Positions 1 to 14,086 are shown, counted from the stretch's first letter. The stretch: DNA of 64,000 nt from Octopus sinensis (GCF_006345805.1 NC_042997.1:188232001-188296000); one strand, 5' to 3'. Numbers and translations are program-made. The notes: a model not told the origin generated them from the sequence alone.

Positions 1-365
1 CAATCTGTGTCAAGCGGGTTCACTCTGTGTGCTTTAGCTTCATTACTATGGCAACAGTCCGGATATGTTAGCATGGAAGGTGGACATTAAATGATGATGA
101 TGATGATGATCCTCATCATGATATTGTTATATTTTGGGATGGTCATTTTTTTCTCCAAATAAACTCATGCACTATATATTCGTTCTTCGCTTCAGCTTTG
201 TTATTGTTCTTATCTTAGTTTTCTTGGTCTTAAATCTTTCGTCACATTTCCTGTGACCTCTTCAGCAACTCTGTATCCCATATGTCTCCTCCTGATCTGA
301 AATCATGTTGAAACAGAAATTGTTGTATTTTGGGATGGTCATTTTTTGTTTTTGTGAAAATAAAC

Positions 366-438
366 ACATGCAGTGGAACTGAACCCGGAACCATGTGGTT
401 GGTAAGCAAGCTACTTACCACACAGCCACTCCTATGCC
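366..438 (-). mobile_element. SINE family A, 5' tRNA-like head fragment
   Basis: Reverse complement reads GGAGTGGCTGTGTGGTAAGTAGCTTGC...GGTTCAGTTCCAC, matching the heads of full copies at 20164 and 24315; A-box and B-box-like motifs. Confidence 0.85.
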
Positions 439-461
439 TATATATATATATATCTTTTTTT

Positions 462-783
462 AACATTGGGCCTCAAAGAGGCAATGACAAGTGACTGAGA
501 CCTTTGGCAATTTGCTGTACTTGAGAAGATTCAAGTCAAGCAAAATCATAGTCAGTGTCATGTAACTGGCACCTGTGCTGGTGGCACATGAAAACACTCA
601 GCTGGAAGCAAGTAAAAGGCACCCATTACACTCTTGGAGTGGTTGGCATTAGGAAGGGCATCCAGCTGTAGAAACCAAGCCAAATTAGATTGGAGCTTGG
701 TGCAGCTCTCTGGTTTATCAGTTCCAGTCAAACTGTTTAACCCATGCAAGCATGGAAAGCAGACACTAAATGATGATGATGAT
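462..783 (+). mobile_element. RTE LINE 3' end (ORF terminus, 3' UTR, (GAT)n tail)
   Basis: Translates TLGLKEAMTSD*DLWQFAVLEK like the RTE ORF ends at 57650 and 60960; GGTTGGCATTAGGAAGGGCATCCAGC motif; (GAT)n tail. Confidence 0.85.
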
Positions 784-920
784 TTCTGTCTACTAAATCC
801 ACCCTCAGGCTTTGGTTGGCCCAGGGCTATAGTTGAAACACTTACCTAAGGCAGCACACGGTGGGAATGACCCAGGAGACGTGGTGAGGAAGCAAGCTTC
901 TAACCACACAGCCACTCTTG
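784..920 (-). mobile_element. SINE family A, diverged 5' half
   Basis: Similar to the 5' 150 bp of family A copies. Confidence 0.7.
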
Positions 921-1340
921 CAAGAAAATCAACATCATTTATAATTTTGGCTGTGCAGGAGAGATCTAAGCTGAACTCTGCAGGTATTCTATCTATGCAC
1001 TTCAGGACATTTTATTGCGAACTTAATATGATTTAAAGATCATTTCAGGTTGTTAAATTAATTTTAATCAAAAACTACTGCAAAATGTCAGTTTTTAAAA
1101 CATTAGCATATTTAACATATTTTCAAAATGGAAAAGAAATAACAAATCTTAATGCTTCCTTCACTTTAAAAGGAATTTCTTTTCCCATTTAAGCCATCTG
1201 AGATATTTTTCTGTTATTCTTTTCTCTTTATTTTCTGTTTCTTTTTCTTTTCCTCTGCTTTTTGTATTTACTTTTTATGTTCTATCTATATAAAGTTCTT
1301 TAGCATCTAAGTTAATTTTCCCTAAATGTCAAAGAATATT

Positions 1341-1374
<34 letters not shown>

Positions 1375-1844
1375 GTTGCTGCTGATGCTGCCACTGACAA
1401 CTGACCTGTTCAGATGTGTTTTTCATATCACTCTCCAAGGCTTTAGATTTTATAAAGTCTATTCAAATAAATGATTTAAAAAATTTAATTTTGTACAGAA
1501 AGTCTCAGAACATCTTGGAAGTCTATCAGTGCAGGGTTAAGTTATAAGAAATCCACTTTTAGACACATTTCATTTTCTCCTTATTTGGTCTACACACATA
1601 CACAATTTGTCATTGGAGAACATTTACAAAACAAACAAGTTGAAGGTGGATGTAATTCCACTGAATTTAAACATGTGCACAAATAAAAAACTAAGAACAT
1701 ATTTTTAAGCAAAATACATAACTCAAAAAAGAAACTAGTGACAACAACAGTTACATACAATTTTGTCCAAACGAAAATAATTCTGTATTTTTGACATTAG
1801 CAATTTAAGCACCCCAGTCCTTTGCAAGTATGGTATACAACAAA

Positions 1845-2077
1845 AGGCGGTGAGTTGGCAGAAGCGTTTGCACACCGGGCGAAACGCTTAGTGTTATTTC
1901 GTCTGTCGTTACATTGTGAGTTCAAATTCCGCCAAGGTCGACTTTGCCTTTCATCCTTTCGGGGTCGATAAATTAAGTACCAGTTATGCACTGGGTCGAT
2001 CTAATTGACTTAATCCCTTTGTCTGTCCTTGTTTGTCCACTCTATGTTTAGCACCTTGTGGGTAATAAAGAAATAGG
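1845..2077 (+). mobile_element. SINE family B (B1 tail), full length with TSD
   Basis: GGCGGTGAGTTGGCAGAA head, GAGTTCAAATTCC B-box, GCCTTTCATCCTTTCGGGGTCGATAAA core; 13-bp TSD GGTATACAACAAA at 1832-1844 and 2076-2088. Confidence 0.92.
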
Positions 2078-3226
2078 TATACAACAAATGGATATAGGAT
2101 ATGGAGCATCTAGATGAAGGGAAAAATACTGAGGCAGCAATACTGTGATGAAAACAAGTTTTTTTTGTTGTTTTTTTGAAGCAATGCCACAAGCTCAATA
2201 AACTGTAAAGGTGATCTATTTGAACATTTTCAGAGTAATGGGAGGACTTACCTGGTGCCCCACAAGAGAACAGCTGGAAGTCTGTTGACATGACTGATAT
2301 ATGTGGCACAAGATTTCCTAAATTGGGTTGAGATCACATAGAACTATGTACATCATTTTTAAAAGGGAAAACCAAACTGAGTTAGTGTGTGAAACAGATG
2401 TTCAAAGACTAACACTGCAATATATGGAATGAAGAAATATGAGGGTCATCATGAAAAATGTGTCGATACTTGGTTCATTGTAACTTTTGTGGCAGAATGT
2501 AAGCATACAGTTCTGATTAGACCTTTGGTGATATGTGGTTGGATGGAATCTCTGTAGACTCTATCCAACCACACCTACTGAAGATACCAATGAAAATAAT
2601 GGCAATAAAACCATTCCAGAAGTATATCTCATAGATCCTGCAGAAAGAAAGACAGGCTATGGAGAGCAGAAAGTTCAACTACTATACATGAGGCAGTGAG
2701 GGTCACTTCGGGATTTTCTGCCAAGAGCTGGAGATGCTGAAGGGGAAAGAAGAGCACAAAGAGCAACAACAGCAGACCACAGAAGCTACTGTTCTCAGTA
2801 CACCAGCAGTTGGAGCCAAAGCCATCTTAACAGTATTATAGGACCCCGGGAAAATCAATGCACTGCGTCCTATACTACATATCTATTGACAGCAAACTAC
2901 AGAGTGTATAGATCAGAAGTGGGCCCTTAGATCCATGACACCCTTGGGAAACTGCTCAGTGTGTCCATGTCTTAAGACGGCATGGGCTGCAGCTCCAGAA
3001 GTGTTAGAAGAGATCATTTCATTCTCCATTCCAAAAGGTGGTCAAGAAACTGAGAGATCCTATTCCTGAGCCATGACCATGGAAATTGCCCATTGTCTTC
3101 TGACAATGAAGAGGAGATGGAAAATGAACAGAAGTTGGAAGGATTGGGAAAGACAACAAAAAGAATAACACCAAAACAGAACATACTTCAGAAGACGGGC
3201 AAAAATTGTGAGGCGGAGCCCATTTA

Positions 3227-3454
3227 CCTATTTCTTTATTACCCACAAGGGGCTAAACACAGAGCGGACAAACAAGGACAGACATAGGTATTAAGTCGAT
3301 TAATTCGACCCCAGTGCGTAACTGGTACTTAATTTATCGACCCCGAAAGGATGAAAGGCAAAGTCGACCTCGGCAGAATTTGAACTCACAACGTAAAGCG
3401 GACGAAATAGCGCTAAGCATTTCGCCCGGTGTGCTAACGTTTCTGCCAGCTCGC
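3227..3454 (-). mobile_element. SINE family B (B1 tail), young copy with TSD
   Basis: 16-bp TSD GCGGAGCCCATTTACC at 3213-3228 and 3453-3468; nearly identical to the copy at 35729-35957. Confidence 0.92.
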
Positions 3455-3938
3455 GGAGCCCATTTACCACACACACACACACACATACACATTGCACAGT
3501 TCTTTACATAAAGGAAGAATTGGTAGAAATATCCCAAAATGGGATTATCCCATTTTGAGATATTTCCAATGCAGACTGACAAAGAGATGGGCTCCAGTTA
3601 TGTAAAGCATAAAACAGAGAGACATTAATAAAAACTGTTAAGCATTACTACAAATAACTTTACATAAACATTAACAGGAGGCTTTTTCTTGGTCACTCCA
3701 ACATCCAAATTGTTTGTATGTACCTTTGGGACAAACAATTACATGAACTACAATTTCAGAAAAGAGATGGCAGAGTTAGGATGATCAGAGTTGTAGGGGG
3801 GAAGTTAGTGTGATTCAGGTGAAGGTTTCTCTCCTATGTTTGGGTAGGTTAAATTATATCTTTTTTAAATATATTTGGATTTTATAGAGAAAAACAACTT
3901 GTTTTAAATCTCTGAGTGAGTGATATATAGTAATAGTA

Positions 3939-4597
3939 CCAAATAGTAATGTTTATATGCCAACAGAATGTGGCAAGGTGGCTAGCTGGCAGAAATGTTA
4001 GTAATGTGGGTGAAATGCTTAGCAGTATTTCATCTGCTGTTATGTTCTGAGTTCAAATTCCACCAAGATTGACTTTGCCTTCATCTTTTCAGGGTTGATA
4101 AATTAAGCACTAGTTATGCATTCGGGTCAATGTAATCGACTTAATCCCTTTGTCTGTCCTTGTTTGTCCCCTCTATGTTTAGCCCCTTGTGGGCAATAAA
4201 GAAATAAGAATGTGGCAGTCCTATAGAGGACAATGTTACTGTTGTTATAGCCCCAGGAAAACATCTTTCCCAGTTGACTATCAGAGATTTAAAACAAGTT
4301 GTTTTTCTCTATACGAGATCAGTGATTGTGCATCACTTAAAAAATATATAGCATTTGCAAGTGGAAAAAGCTTTTGTCACTAGCCTGTGATTGTCTCACA
4401 CTGAGGACAGGTAACCACCTAGAAACTTGGGTCTGTGAGTATCACGTAAGGCTAGAGATTGGAGTAAAGGCCTTCCTTTCATATGCTGTGTGTTGATAAC
4501 CAGCTGGAAAAGATGTTTTCCTAGGGCCATAACAACAGTAACATCGTCCTTTATAGGACCACCACATTCTGTTGGCATATAAAAATTACCATTTGTA
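3939..4597. mobile_element. MITE-like element with about 105-bp terminal inverted repeats, interrupted by a SINE B
   Basis: 3940-3975 joined to 4218-4283 is the reverse complement of about 4494-4595; TA at both ends suggests Tc1/mariner type. Confidence 0.75.
3976..4206 (+). mobile_element. SINE family B (B1 tail) with TSD
   Basis: 11-bp TSD AGAATGTGGCA at 3965-3975 and 4207-4217. Confidence 0.9.
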
Positions 4598-5339
4598 TTT
4601 TGCATATTTATTTAAATATTTTGCGTAATTATTGTGCAAAATTTAATTATTTTAACATGTCATCTGTAAGATGTTGTTTTCCTTTTCATGTCTTTATCTT
4701 TTAATATAACCTTGTCTGCATTCCCACATATATATTTGTAATAGTTTTGTAATTTGTTTATTTTACATATGCATGAGCCCTAATAGGAAATGAAGAAGAA
4801 AGAATTTTTGTAAATGTATTTTGAAGAGAGGAGACATGTTTATACAAAGATCTATTATGTTTGTGCTTAATGATAAAAATTATTATTTTTTGGATTATTG
4901 TACTTTTGAATAGTTGTGTATCCATTACATTTACCTTGAGTTATTTAGATCCTAATAACCCTGAAGACCACAGTCATTCAAGAACTATATTCTATCATAG
5001 ATGCAGTCCAAGCCATGCCAGTATGGAAAACAGACGTTAAAGGATGATGACAATGATGGTGCAGAAAGAAAGGCAATGGTGCAGGTCATAAGGCTCAACT
5101 GTTTTGCATGTGTCATTAAAAGCTACTTGAGGGATTTCTGCTTTGCAGGGGCAGAAAAAGTAGAGGAACAGTGAATGCTGTAGATAAAAGTAGTCTCTTT
5201 TAGATAACTTTCATTTTAGAGATTATGAACAGTTTTCAAGTCCTTGACCAGGCAGTGCTATTGGAGAGATTTGCGTATTCTGGACAAGTTCTACAGGTAC
5301 AGAAGTGCCAACATTTGTGTTATGACAAGAAATAGTTAC

Positions 5340-6710
5340 CAAAGATCAAATAGTTTTAGTTAAAAATGTTTAAATTCAGTAACTGAAGCGTAAGTATAAA
5401 ATACCCATATTTATAGCAAATGGTTCGCTGCCAGTAAAGCATAATGCACTTACACTCAGGGTAGAATAATGACTCAGTAACATTCTGCAGGGTTTTCAAT
5501 ATCATGTTGTTATGTAAAGTAAAATAGTATTGATGTGAAAAAAAAAATAGTTCACCATTTCTTACTACATCTATGATAGACATAAACTTTTTTTAGTTAA
5601 CGAGAGATTTTGTCCAGGACCAAAAAGTGTTCTGGAAAAGAAGGCAACAGGCTTTATGAAGATCTGAAAGGTCACTAGACATGGAAATTCCAAAAGCAAT
5701 TTCAACACGTAATCAAACTTAAGCGAAGATAAGTGAAAAGGTGAGAGCTTTAACTATTGAAGTTTTAAGCATATTTATAGCCACTAATTATTATTGTTAT
5801 TATTGCAACAGAAAAATAGGATTGAGTAGGGGGATGAATAATTTCTGAGAAAGAAAATACTCATTAGAATTGCAACTAAACAAACCTAATAGCAGTAGTT
5901 GTTTAGTATTGCTAGACATCGCATAATCAACAAGAATTTCAATCTTTCTGGGTCAGATTGCAGCGAATTATTTTCTGTTTTGTATCCAAGGTAACAAATA
6001 TATGTTTGGCAGAAAAGACATTTGTCATTGTTCAATGTAATATTGAGTCTCTTAGTAACTGAAATAAATTTAGCCAAGTTTTCACTGTACCCTTCAATAG
6101 TCTTACTAACGACAATAATATTGGCAAGATAAGTGCAAAATCCTTTATATTACTATCACTAATTATACCACGAGAAAAGCGCTTCCAATATTGGTCAGAC
6201 CAATGTAAATGGAAAAAGTATTAATTAGCTTGAAGTGTAGTGTATCTCTTATCACCATTCTGAAGGGCAATCAGATGGTAACACTGCTTTCAAATTTTGT
6301 TTGCAGTAGAATTTATTGTATGAAACCACATGTGTTGTCTTCAATTTTACAAATTGGATAGGCATCTAGAAAGCAGTAACAAGATATCATTAATAAGCAA
6401 TTGATAACAAGAAATTGTCTACTGCCACTTCTAACTACAATTATTTGTGCCCACCATGGAGAGTTAGAGGGTTCAATGATATCTCAAGAACTCTTAAACT
6501 ATATTTCTTAATAGACATTTCATTAAATTGTGAAAAGGGTCCACATTTAAAAGCAATTGCTTTCAAATCATTGTGTAGGGAAGAAAATATGAGAATGGAT
6601 CATCAACATAGGAACAAATCTAGTAATGGTAAGATTTTAAAAAATAATCTCCAACTTTAAATATAACAGGGTTGTATCATAAGAAAATCATGTCCTAGAA
6701 TGATAGAGGA
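5340..6710 (-). mobile_element. Degenerate Ty3/gypsy pol relic (protease end, RT, traces of downstream domains)
   Basis: Minus-strand IILGHDFL (6704-6681), LDAYPICKIE, GLTN, YLANIIV (YLDD position), LNITLNNDKCLF..ICYLGY..DPERL; many stops and frameshifts. Confidence 0.75.
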
Positions 6711-7331
6711 ATACAATTTAGGCAAAACATTTAAATGCACCTTTGCACACACACACACACACATACACAAAAGGAGATGTTTGAACTACAAAAAAAATGA
6801 AGAAATACCCACTATAGACTAAGTTGCCAGGCCAATTTGAAGACATTGGCGAGATGTTGGGAACGAGGAATTCTTATTAATGTTTCCACTAATGAAACTG
6901 GTGACATTACTTGAATCAATTTAAGTATCAGTTTGTTGGCCACCATTTATATGCTGATGGCAGCTTTTCTCAAGTCAATTTCATTGAGTAAAAAGGGAGA
7001 AGTTAGCTTCCAATGTGATTTACAAATAAAAGGTGAGTTCATGCAGAGAGATTGATGATGTTAATGGGCTTATTCTGATTATTCAATCAAGAAGAAAGAA
7101 ATTGAAAGAAAGTAGTTTTGTCTCTCATTCATCAAAGTAGTTTGTATAAAGATTTTCCCTCAAATTACTTTAGATAGCTTTCTGGCCCTTCTGAGGATCT
7201 GTTCTTGTGTATATTTTATTATTACCTGTTTATATTTTTTGTTAATTTCTAATACTTTCTCTTCAATGTTTTGTATTTCATCTTTGTACTGTCCCCAACA
7301 CCTTTGGCCCTTTTGACTAACAAAAGAAATC

Positions 7332-7560
7332 AGGCAGCAGGCTGGCAGAATTGTTACATCATTGGAAAAAAAAGTCTTGTAGCATTTGTTTCGTCACTTT
7401 TATGTTCTGAGTTCAAATCCTGCCAAGGTTAACTTTATCTTTCATCCTTCCAGGGTTGATAAAATAATGTATCAGTAAAGTTTTAAGGTCAATCTAAGCA
7501 ACTAACCACCTCCCTCTAAAATTGCTGGCCTTTTTGTCCAAATTTAAATCTATTATTACT
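7332..7560 (+). mobile_element. SINE family B (B3 tail), old copy
   Basis: Family B head and core followed by AAAATTGCTGGCC...(TTA)n tail. Confidence 0.8.
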
Positions 7561-9642
7561 GTTTATCTTTTAGCGGTAGTTGTTGCTGTTGTTATCATTG
7601 TATTTATTGTTGTGTTTTGAGGAAACTGGACATGTTCAGACATAGCTCCTTGGAAAGGTCAGATTATGGTGTTTCTACCGAGAGCAACAGTTATTGTTAG
7701 CAACAGTCATTGTTCTTTGGAATATTTGAATACCTACAGCTTTTATCATGAGGTAGAAAAAATAATATTTGTTTTAGGATATTTTTGCTTTATTTTGTAA
7801 ATATTCACTTGTGTTACAAAATGCATTGTTGTTCATCTGGCTAACATACTCCCAAGAATTTCGATCAAGTTTTGGGAAAATTTTTTAAAATATGAACATG
7901 AATTTTTAAAAAATTAATTTCACAAAGAGATAGAAAATAAAATAACAGCTTAACCAAATACAGATATTTGCACTACACAGAAATATGACATTTTTAAATG
8001 TGGTAACCAACAATGAAAACAGCAGCAAAGGCTGTGAAACTTTTGGTAATATTACCTGTAATTAAATACTTATGAAAATGGGTCAATTCACAAGAAAAAT
8101 AAATAGATAAATAAAGACTGTAGGACAATTATATCACATAATCTACCACTTTGCTTGACTATTTTTTCAAGAAAGAGCAAGAAGAAAAGTGACCAACATC
8201 TTGCCTATCAAAAGGAAGAAAGGTTTTTCAGTGTGCCCTCAAAGGAACAGTTAGAGAACCCTTGGCTGAGATATGGAATATTTTGGTTTCTACTGAACAA
8301 GGAAGGGAATATGGGAATATGTAGAGGTTCATTACAACTGAGAACGAGGCAAGAAAATAGGATGAGTTGGTCTGCAACACACCTGCCACATAGACTTATG
8401 TCCCAATATATGATATCGAGGAACACAAGAGGCACAGTCAAAGACATCGGCAATAATACAGATCCTTGGCTCATCATCACATGTGCAGTGCATCAAAGGC
8501 AAGTTGTGAGTGAGAAGATGATGCTTGCAACGTGTTGTCTATGGGATTTGCAGGTACATACAGGTCCTGATCACCAAAGACCATAGAACCATTCAAGAGC
8601 TGTGTTCTATGGTAGTTGTAGAAAGGAAAGTGATACAACAGGTGGTGCAGGACAAAAAAGCTCAGAGCAGTAAAGGCAACAATACCAATGGGAAAGAGAA
8701 AATGAATAACAATGATAGTTTTGATAGCAGCTTGATGACAAGTCGGCTGAATATTACAGCACCAAGTACACTAACCCTAACCTCCTGTCATATAGCTTAT
8801 ACAGGATTAGCAACAGCAATGACAGTAACTATATCAGGTGGGAATGGATTTATGAAATAGAAAAAAAAGGGGCAATAAAGAAGAAATTTTTGAGGATTTG
8901 TATGAAATGAGAGCAGAAAATTAGTCTTAGCTATGTCCCCAAAAGTGAAGGAAGATGTCTAAAAATGAGCTGACTTACCGATGCATAGGCATGAAAAGTT
9001 GATGAATAGAAAGGCTGATATATACACAAGTATTGAGGTATCTGAAACAAAAATAACAAAATAGTAAAAAAGAGTAAAAAGTAACTTTCAGAATTTGAAT
9101 TGAAGCAATTCGGATCCATGAAGGTCAGATTTCTTTCTGACAAACTTGTTCACAGCATCAGATAAGAATGAGGAATCCATCCTCATTCTGTCACATATAT
9201 TGGTTGGCAAGTAACAGAAGAGACAGTGGTAGATGTGTCACCAAGAGAAAATATCAGATGGTTAGTTGCAGTGACTATAAGTGACAAAGGAGGGTAAGGC
9301 AACTATCTTGGAGGTTTGCAAAGTATGACAGAACTGGTTGGAAATAAGAATGGAACTTCTGATCCAAACAAATCAGGAAAAGGTTGGAAACATCCCTGAC
9401 CTTATTGAGTTGCAAAGTAACATCAAGCTGTTTGTACCAATGGAAGGGAGAAAGGTGATGTGCGACATATGTGGCACTGCTAACCACCTCCAGAAGGAAA
9501 AAAAAGGGACACATTGATACTAACCCCACAACTATAACAACAATCACAATATTTAAAACATCAGTATCAGCCATAGCAACAATAGTATCATCTGCAGCAG
9601 CAATAAAAAGTAGACTTCAGCAAAACAGAAACACACATATAT

Positions 9643-9846
9643 TCTTTTACTTGTTTCAGTCATTTGACTGTGGCCATGCTGGAGCACCGCCTTTTGTCAA
9701 GCAAATCGACCCCAGGACTTATTCTTTGTAAGCCTAGTACTTATTCTATCAGTCTCTTTTGCCGAACTGCTAAGTTACAGGGACATAAACACACCAGTAT
9801 CGGTTGTCAAGCGATGTTGGGGGGACAAACACAGACACACAAACAT

Positions 9847-9900
<54 letters not shown>

Positions 9901-10057
9901 GATGGGCTTCTTTCAGTTTCTGTCTACTAAATCCACTCACAAGGCTTTGGTCGGTCCAAGGCTATAGTAGAAGACACTTGCCCAAGGTGCCATGCAGTGG
10001 AACTGAACCTGGAACAATGTGGTTCGTAAGCAAGCTACTTACCACACAGTCACTACT
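9643..10057 (-). mobile_element. SINE family A, full length with internal (CA)n(TA)n
   Basis: Colinear with 20164-20549, 24315-24693 and 55020-55452. Confidence 0.92.
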
Positions 10058-11267
10058 TTGCAGAGAATTTAACTCCCACTGCCATAAACCTCTTCAATTC
10101 TAAGACAGCGACATGTGAAAGGGTTGAGATGTTACATTGAAAGTTACATTGTAAGAAATCTTTGTCAAATGAAAATAAAAAATAGCTGGAAAATAAAATG
10201 GTTTCAAGCCAAAATATTAGACAAAGTAACAACTCAACAAACCCAGACTAACACCACCACCATCGTAACAACAACAGCAGCAACAATAACAGTCAAACCC
10301 TCAATCATGTCAACAACAGAAGCAGCAACAGGGTAAACACACAAACAAAACCACCACAATAAAAAAAAACCCAACAAAAATGAAACATCAGTAATAATAA
10401 TGACAGAAGCCAAACACACACATACAAAAGAAAAAATCAAGAAAATCCTCTTTTATTATACAATTTTAAATATTTGTTTACTTTTTGAGATTCATAGAAA
10501 AAAATTCAAAAATCTACAAGAAACATTACTCCAGTCTACTTCATTGAGAATAGGTGCCAGCTCAGTGTTGGTGCAACCCTCTCTCCTTCTAGCCATCACA
10601 TCCTAGATGTTTCACTGGATCAATGGGTAGGAGAGCCAAGAGTATATCTACATCTGCTTGCAACTACATTGGTACATAACACAATTAGCAAAAACTAGGT
10701 ACATACTACCAGGTCATACATGCTTCTGAGAGATAGCTGTGGCTTATTCTTAATTAATTTTATTTTTTACAATAAAAGCACAGCAACAGTAATTCATACT
10801 TTTCTATCATTGAAAATCAGAAAGAAATACTAGACATCAGTCAATTCCAGTAAAGGTAAAAAAAAAAAGGAAAAAGCAGTATTTCCTTACTTGGAAAGAG
10901 TGTGACGGTGGGTAACAAACATCTGTTTTTCAAAAAAGAATGGGGCTTTCCTTTGCCCTCCAAAGAGGAGTTGGAGCAAGTGTTTCCTTACTCAGGGGAA
11001 TTCATCCTGGATGGAGTAAAAAGAAAGGTAACAACTCCCTGTTTTTCAAAAAGGATGTAGCTTTTTTTGTTTTTAAAAGCAGAGTGGAGCAAACTTTGAT
11101 TGATGTGTGCCCCATTGATTAAAATAGGGCATGTGGAAGCATATGTTTAGCCTTTAAGATGAAGAATTAGGTGAGGAGAAAAGCAGAGCTGATGCTTTAC
11201 ACACCTGTCTGCAGATAGGTGTCACAGTACTTGGGTCATAACCAGAGATACTTGCATGAACACTGAC

Positions 11268-13265
11268 AGGTGACAAGTTGGTAGACTTATTAGTGTTGAA
11301 CAAAATGTTTAACAGCATTTCTTCCAGCTGTCTATGTTCTGAGTTCAGATTCCACCAAGATCATCTTTGCCTTTCCTCCTTTCAGGGTTGATAAACTAAA
11401 GTACCACTTGGGCACTCAGGTCAATGTAACCAACTATTCTTCTCCTGTAAAATTGCTGAGTTCATGTCAAAATTGGAAACCATTATTCTCACCTTGTGCC
11501 AAAGTTAAAAAGAATTGTTATCATCATCATCATTAAGGCAGTAAACTTAGGGGATTGGGTAAAATGCTTCACAGTATTTCTTTCAACTCCTGATGTGCTG
11601 AATTCAAATACTGCCCGAGATAAACTTTGCTTTTTCTCCTAACAGGACCGATAAAATAAAGTACCAATCAAGTACTGGAGTGGGTGTAATAAAGTTGCCC
11701 CCTCCCATCAAAACTGCTGGCCCTGCACCAAAATTTTAAACCATTATTATTATTATTATTATTAAGATGGTAGAATCATTACTGCACTGGACAAAATACT
11801 TAGAGACATTTTTTCCAACTTTACATTCTGTGTTCAAATTCCACTGAAGTCATCTTTGCCTTTCATCCTTTTGAGATCAATAAAAGTACCAGTCAAGCAT
11901 GAAGTTTGATATAATCAACTTACCTTCTCCCGACAAATTTCAGGCCTTGTGCCTGTACTAGAAAGGACTATTATTATTTTATCATCATCATCTGCATCAT
12001 CATTAGGGCAGTAGACTGGTATAATCACAAGAGCATTAGACAAAATACTTTATGGTAGTTCAAATCCTGCCAAGGTCTACTTTACCTTTCATCTTTTAGA
12101 AATCAATAGAAATCAAATTCGATGACTGGCATCCGTGCTAGTGGAGCGCTAAGAGTACTATACAAGTGAGATCGATGTCAGAGCAACAAGCTGGCCTCCG
12201 TGCCGATGGCACGTTAAAAGCACTATTCGAGCGTGATCATTACCTGCATTGCCTTACTGGCACTTGTGTAGGTGGCACGTAAAAAAACATTCAAGCGAGG
12301 TCGTTGCCAGTGCCATTGGACTGGCTCCTGTGCAGGTGGCACATAAAATGCACCATTTGAGCATGGCCATTGCCAGTACCACCTGACGAGGCCCTCGTGC
12401 CGGTGGCACGTAAAAGCACCCACTACACTCTCGGAGTGGTTGGCGTTAGGAAGGGCATCCAGCTGTAGAAACTCTGCCAGATCAGATTGGAGCCTGGTGT
12501 AGCCATCTGGTTCGCCAGACCTCAGTCAAATCGTCCAACCAAAGCTAGCATGGAAAATGGATGTTAAACAATGATGATGATGATGATGAAAGTAACAGTC
12601 AAGTGCTAGGTTGATGTCACCAACTCTCTTCTTTCTCCTCAAAGTTGCTTGCTTTTTCTAAATTGGAAACAATTATTAAGGGTCATGGAAAGTGCAGAAC
12701 TGTTAGAGTGTCAGACAAAATTCTTTGCAGTACTTACTTAGCTGCACTACCCTTATTTGCACTAGTTTATGAAGCTGATGATGATGATAAAAATAATAGT
12801 CCTTTCTAGTACAGCCACAAGACCTGAAATTTAGGGGGAGCGGGTAAGTTGATTATATCACTCTTCATGCTTGACTGGTACTTTATTGACCCCAAAAGGA
12901 TGAATCTTATCAAGATGAATTTTGTTTTCTATCTCACTGGGGACAATAAAATGAAGCACTGCCCAAGTACAGGGGTCAATGGTATTGACTAGACCCCCTC
13001 TCCTTGAAATTTATGGGCATCTACCTATGTAAGAAACAAATTGCTATATTTTTATTATTGGCAGAATTGGAAGAACCTGAAAAAATCCGTTTGTAGCATT
13101 TAGTTATCTCCCTTCGTAGTCTGAGTTGTATAAACCTACTGATGCTGACCCTATCCTTTCATTCTTCTGCAAGTCAATAAAATAAGTACCAGTCAAGTAC
13201 TGAAGCTGATTTAATTGACTATTACCCCACCTTCCTTAAAACTGAGGCTTTATTTATGTCTGTAT
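11268..13265 (+). mobile_element. Cluster of about 7 old SINE B copies/fragments, mostly head-to-tail
   Basis: Family B cores near 11340, 11600, 11830, 12060, 12950 and 13150 separated by (TTA)n/(CAT)n tails; one minus-strand fragment near 12795-12903. Confidence 0.8.
12110..12589 (+). mobile_element. RTE 3' UTR with tandem units and (GAT)n tail, inserted in a SINE B
   Basis: About 5 GGTGGCACRTAAAA-CAC units, AGGAAGGGCATCCAGC motif, (GAT)n; host SINE resumes at 12590. Confidence 0.88.
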
Positions 13266-13444
13266 AAAAAAATCTTTGTTATTATTACTGATACTGATAC
13301 TTCTGTGTGTGTGTGTGTGTGTGTTCACATATATAATTTTTATTCTAAGGGTGTGTTTGCACAGCAACAGTGTCAAAAGAACATTGCTTGCTTAGTTGAG
13401 ATTTACAACTTCAACTGAAAGAAAAGTAAAAATAAGAATTTAAA

Positions 13445-13865
13445 ATATATACATGCATATATATATATATATATATAAATATATGTACACATATATACAT
13501 ATACACATATATATACATACATATCTACATATATATATACACATACATACACATATATACATACATACACATATATACATATATATACACACATATATAT
13601 ATACATATATATACACATATATACATATATATACACACATATGTACATATATATACACACATATATACATATATATATACATATATATACACACATATAT
13701 ACATATATATATACACACACATATATATATATACACATATATACATTATATGTACATATACACATATATATACACACACACACACTCATATATATCTATA
13801 TGTACATATATATTTACACATATATACATATATATCTATATGTACATACATAGATATGCATATAT

Positions 13866-13913
<48 letters not shown>

Positions 13914-14033
13914 CACATACATATATATCTATATATATAAGCAAAAAAGACAACAAAATTAATGAGAAAATAAAAAAAAATTATTCACCAGGAATTTTAT
14001 TTACTCATTTAGTTATTTACATTAAATGTATGC

Positions 14034-14086
<53 letters not shown>

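Noticed and set aside
2090-3210. Purine-rich, coding-like stretch
   Set aside because: No sustained frame or recognisable motif; probably an unidentifiable old transposon
8155-8860. 143-aa and 111-aa ORFs; GTVRE string reminiscent of piggyBac transposase
   Set aside because: Single short motif, no other catalytic motifs or TIRs found
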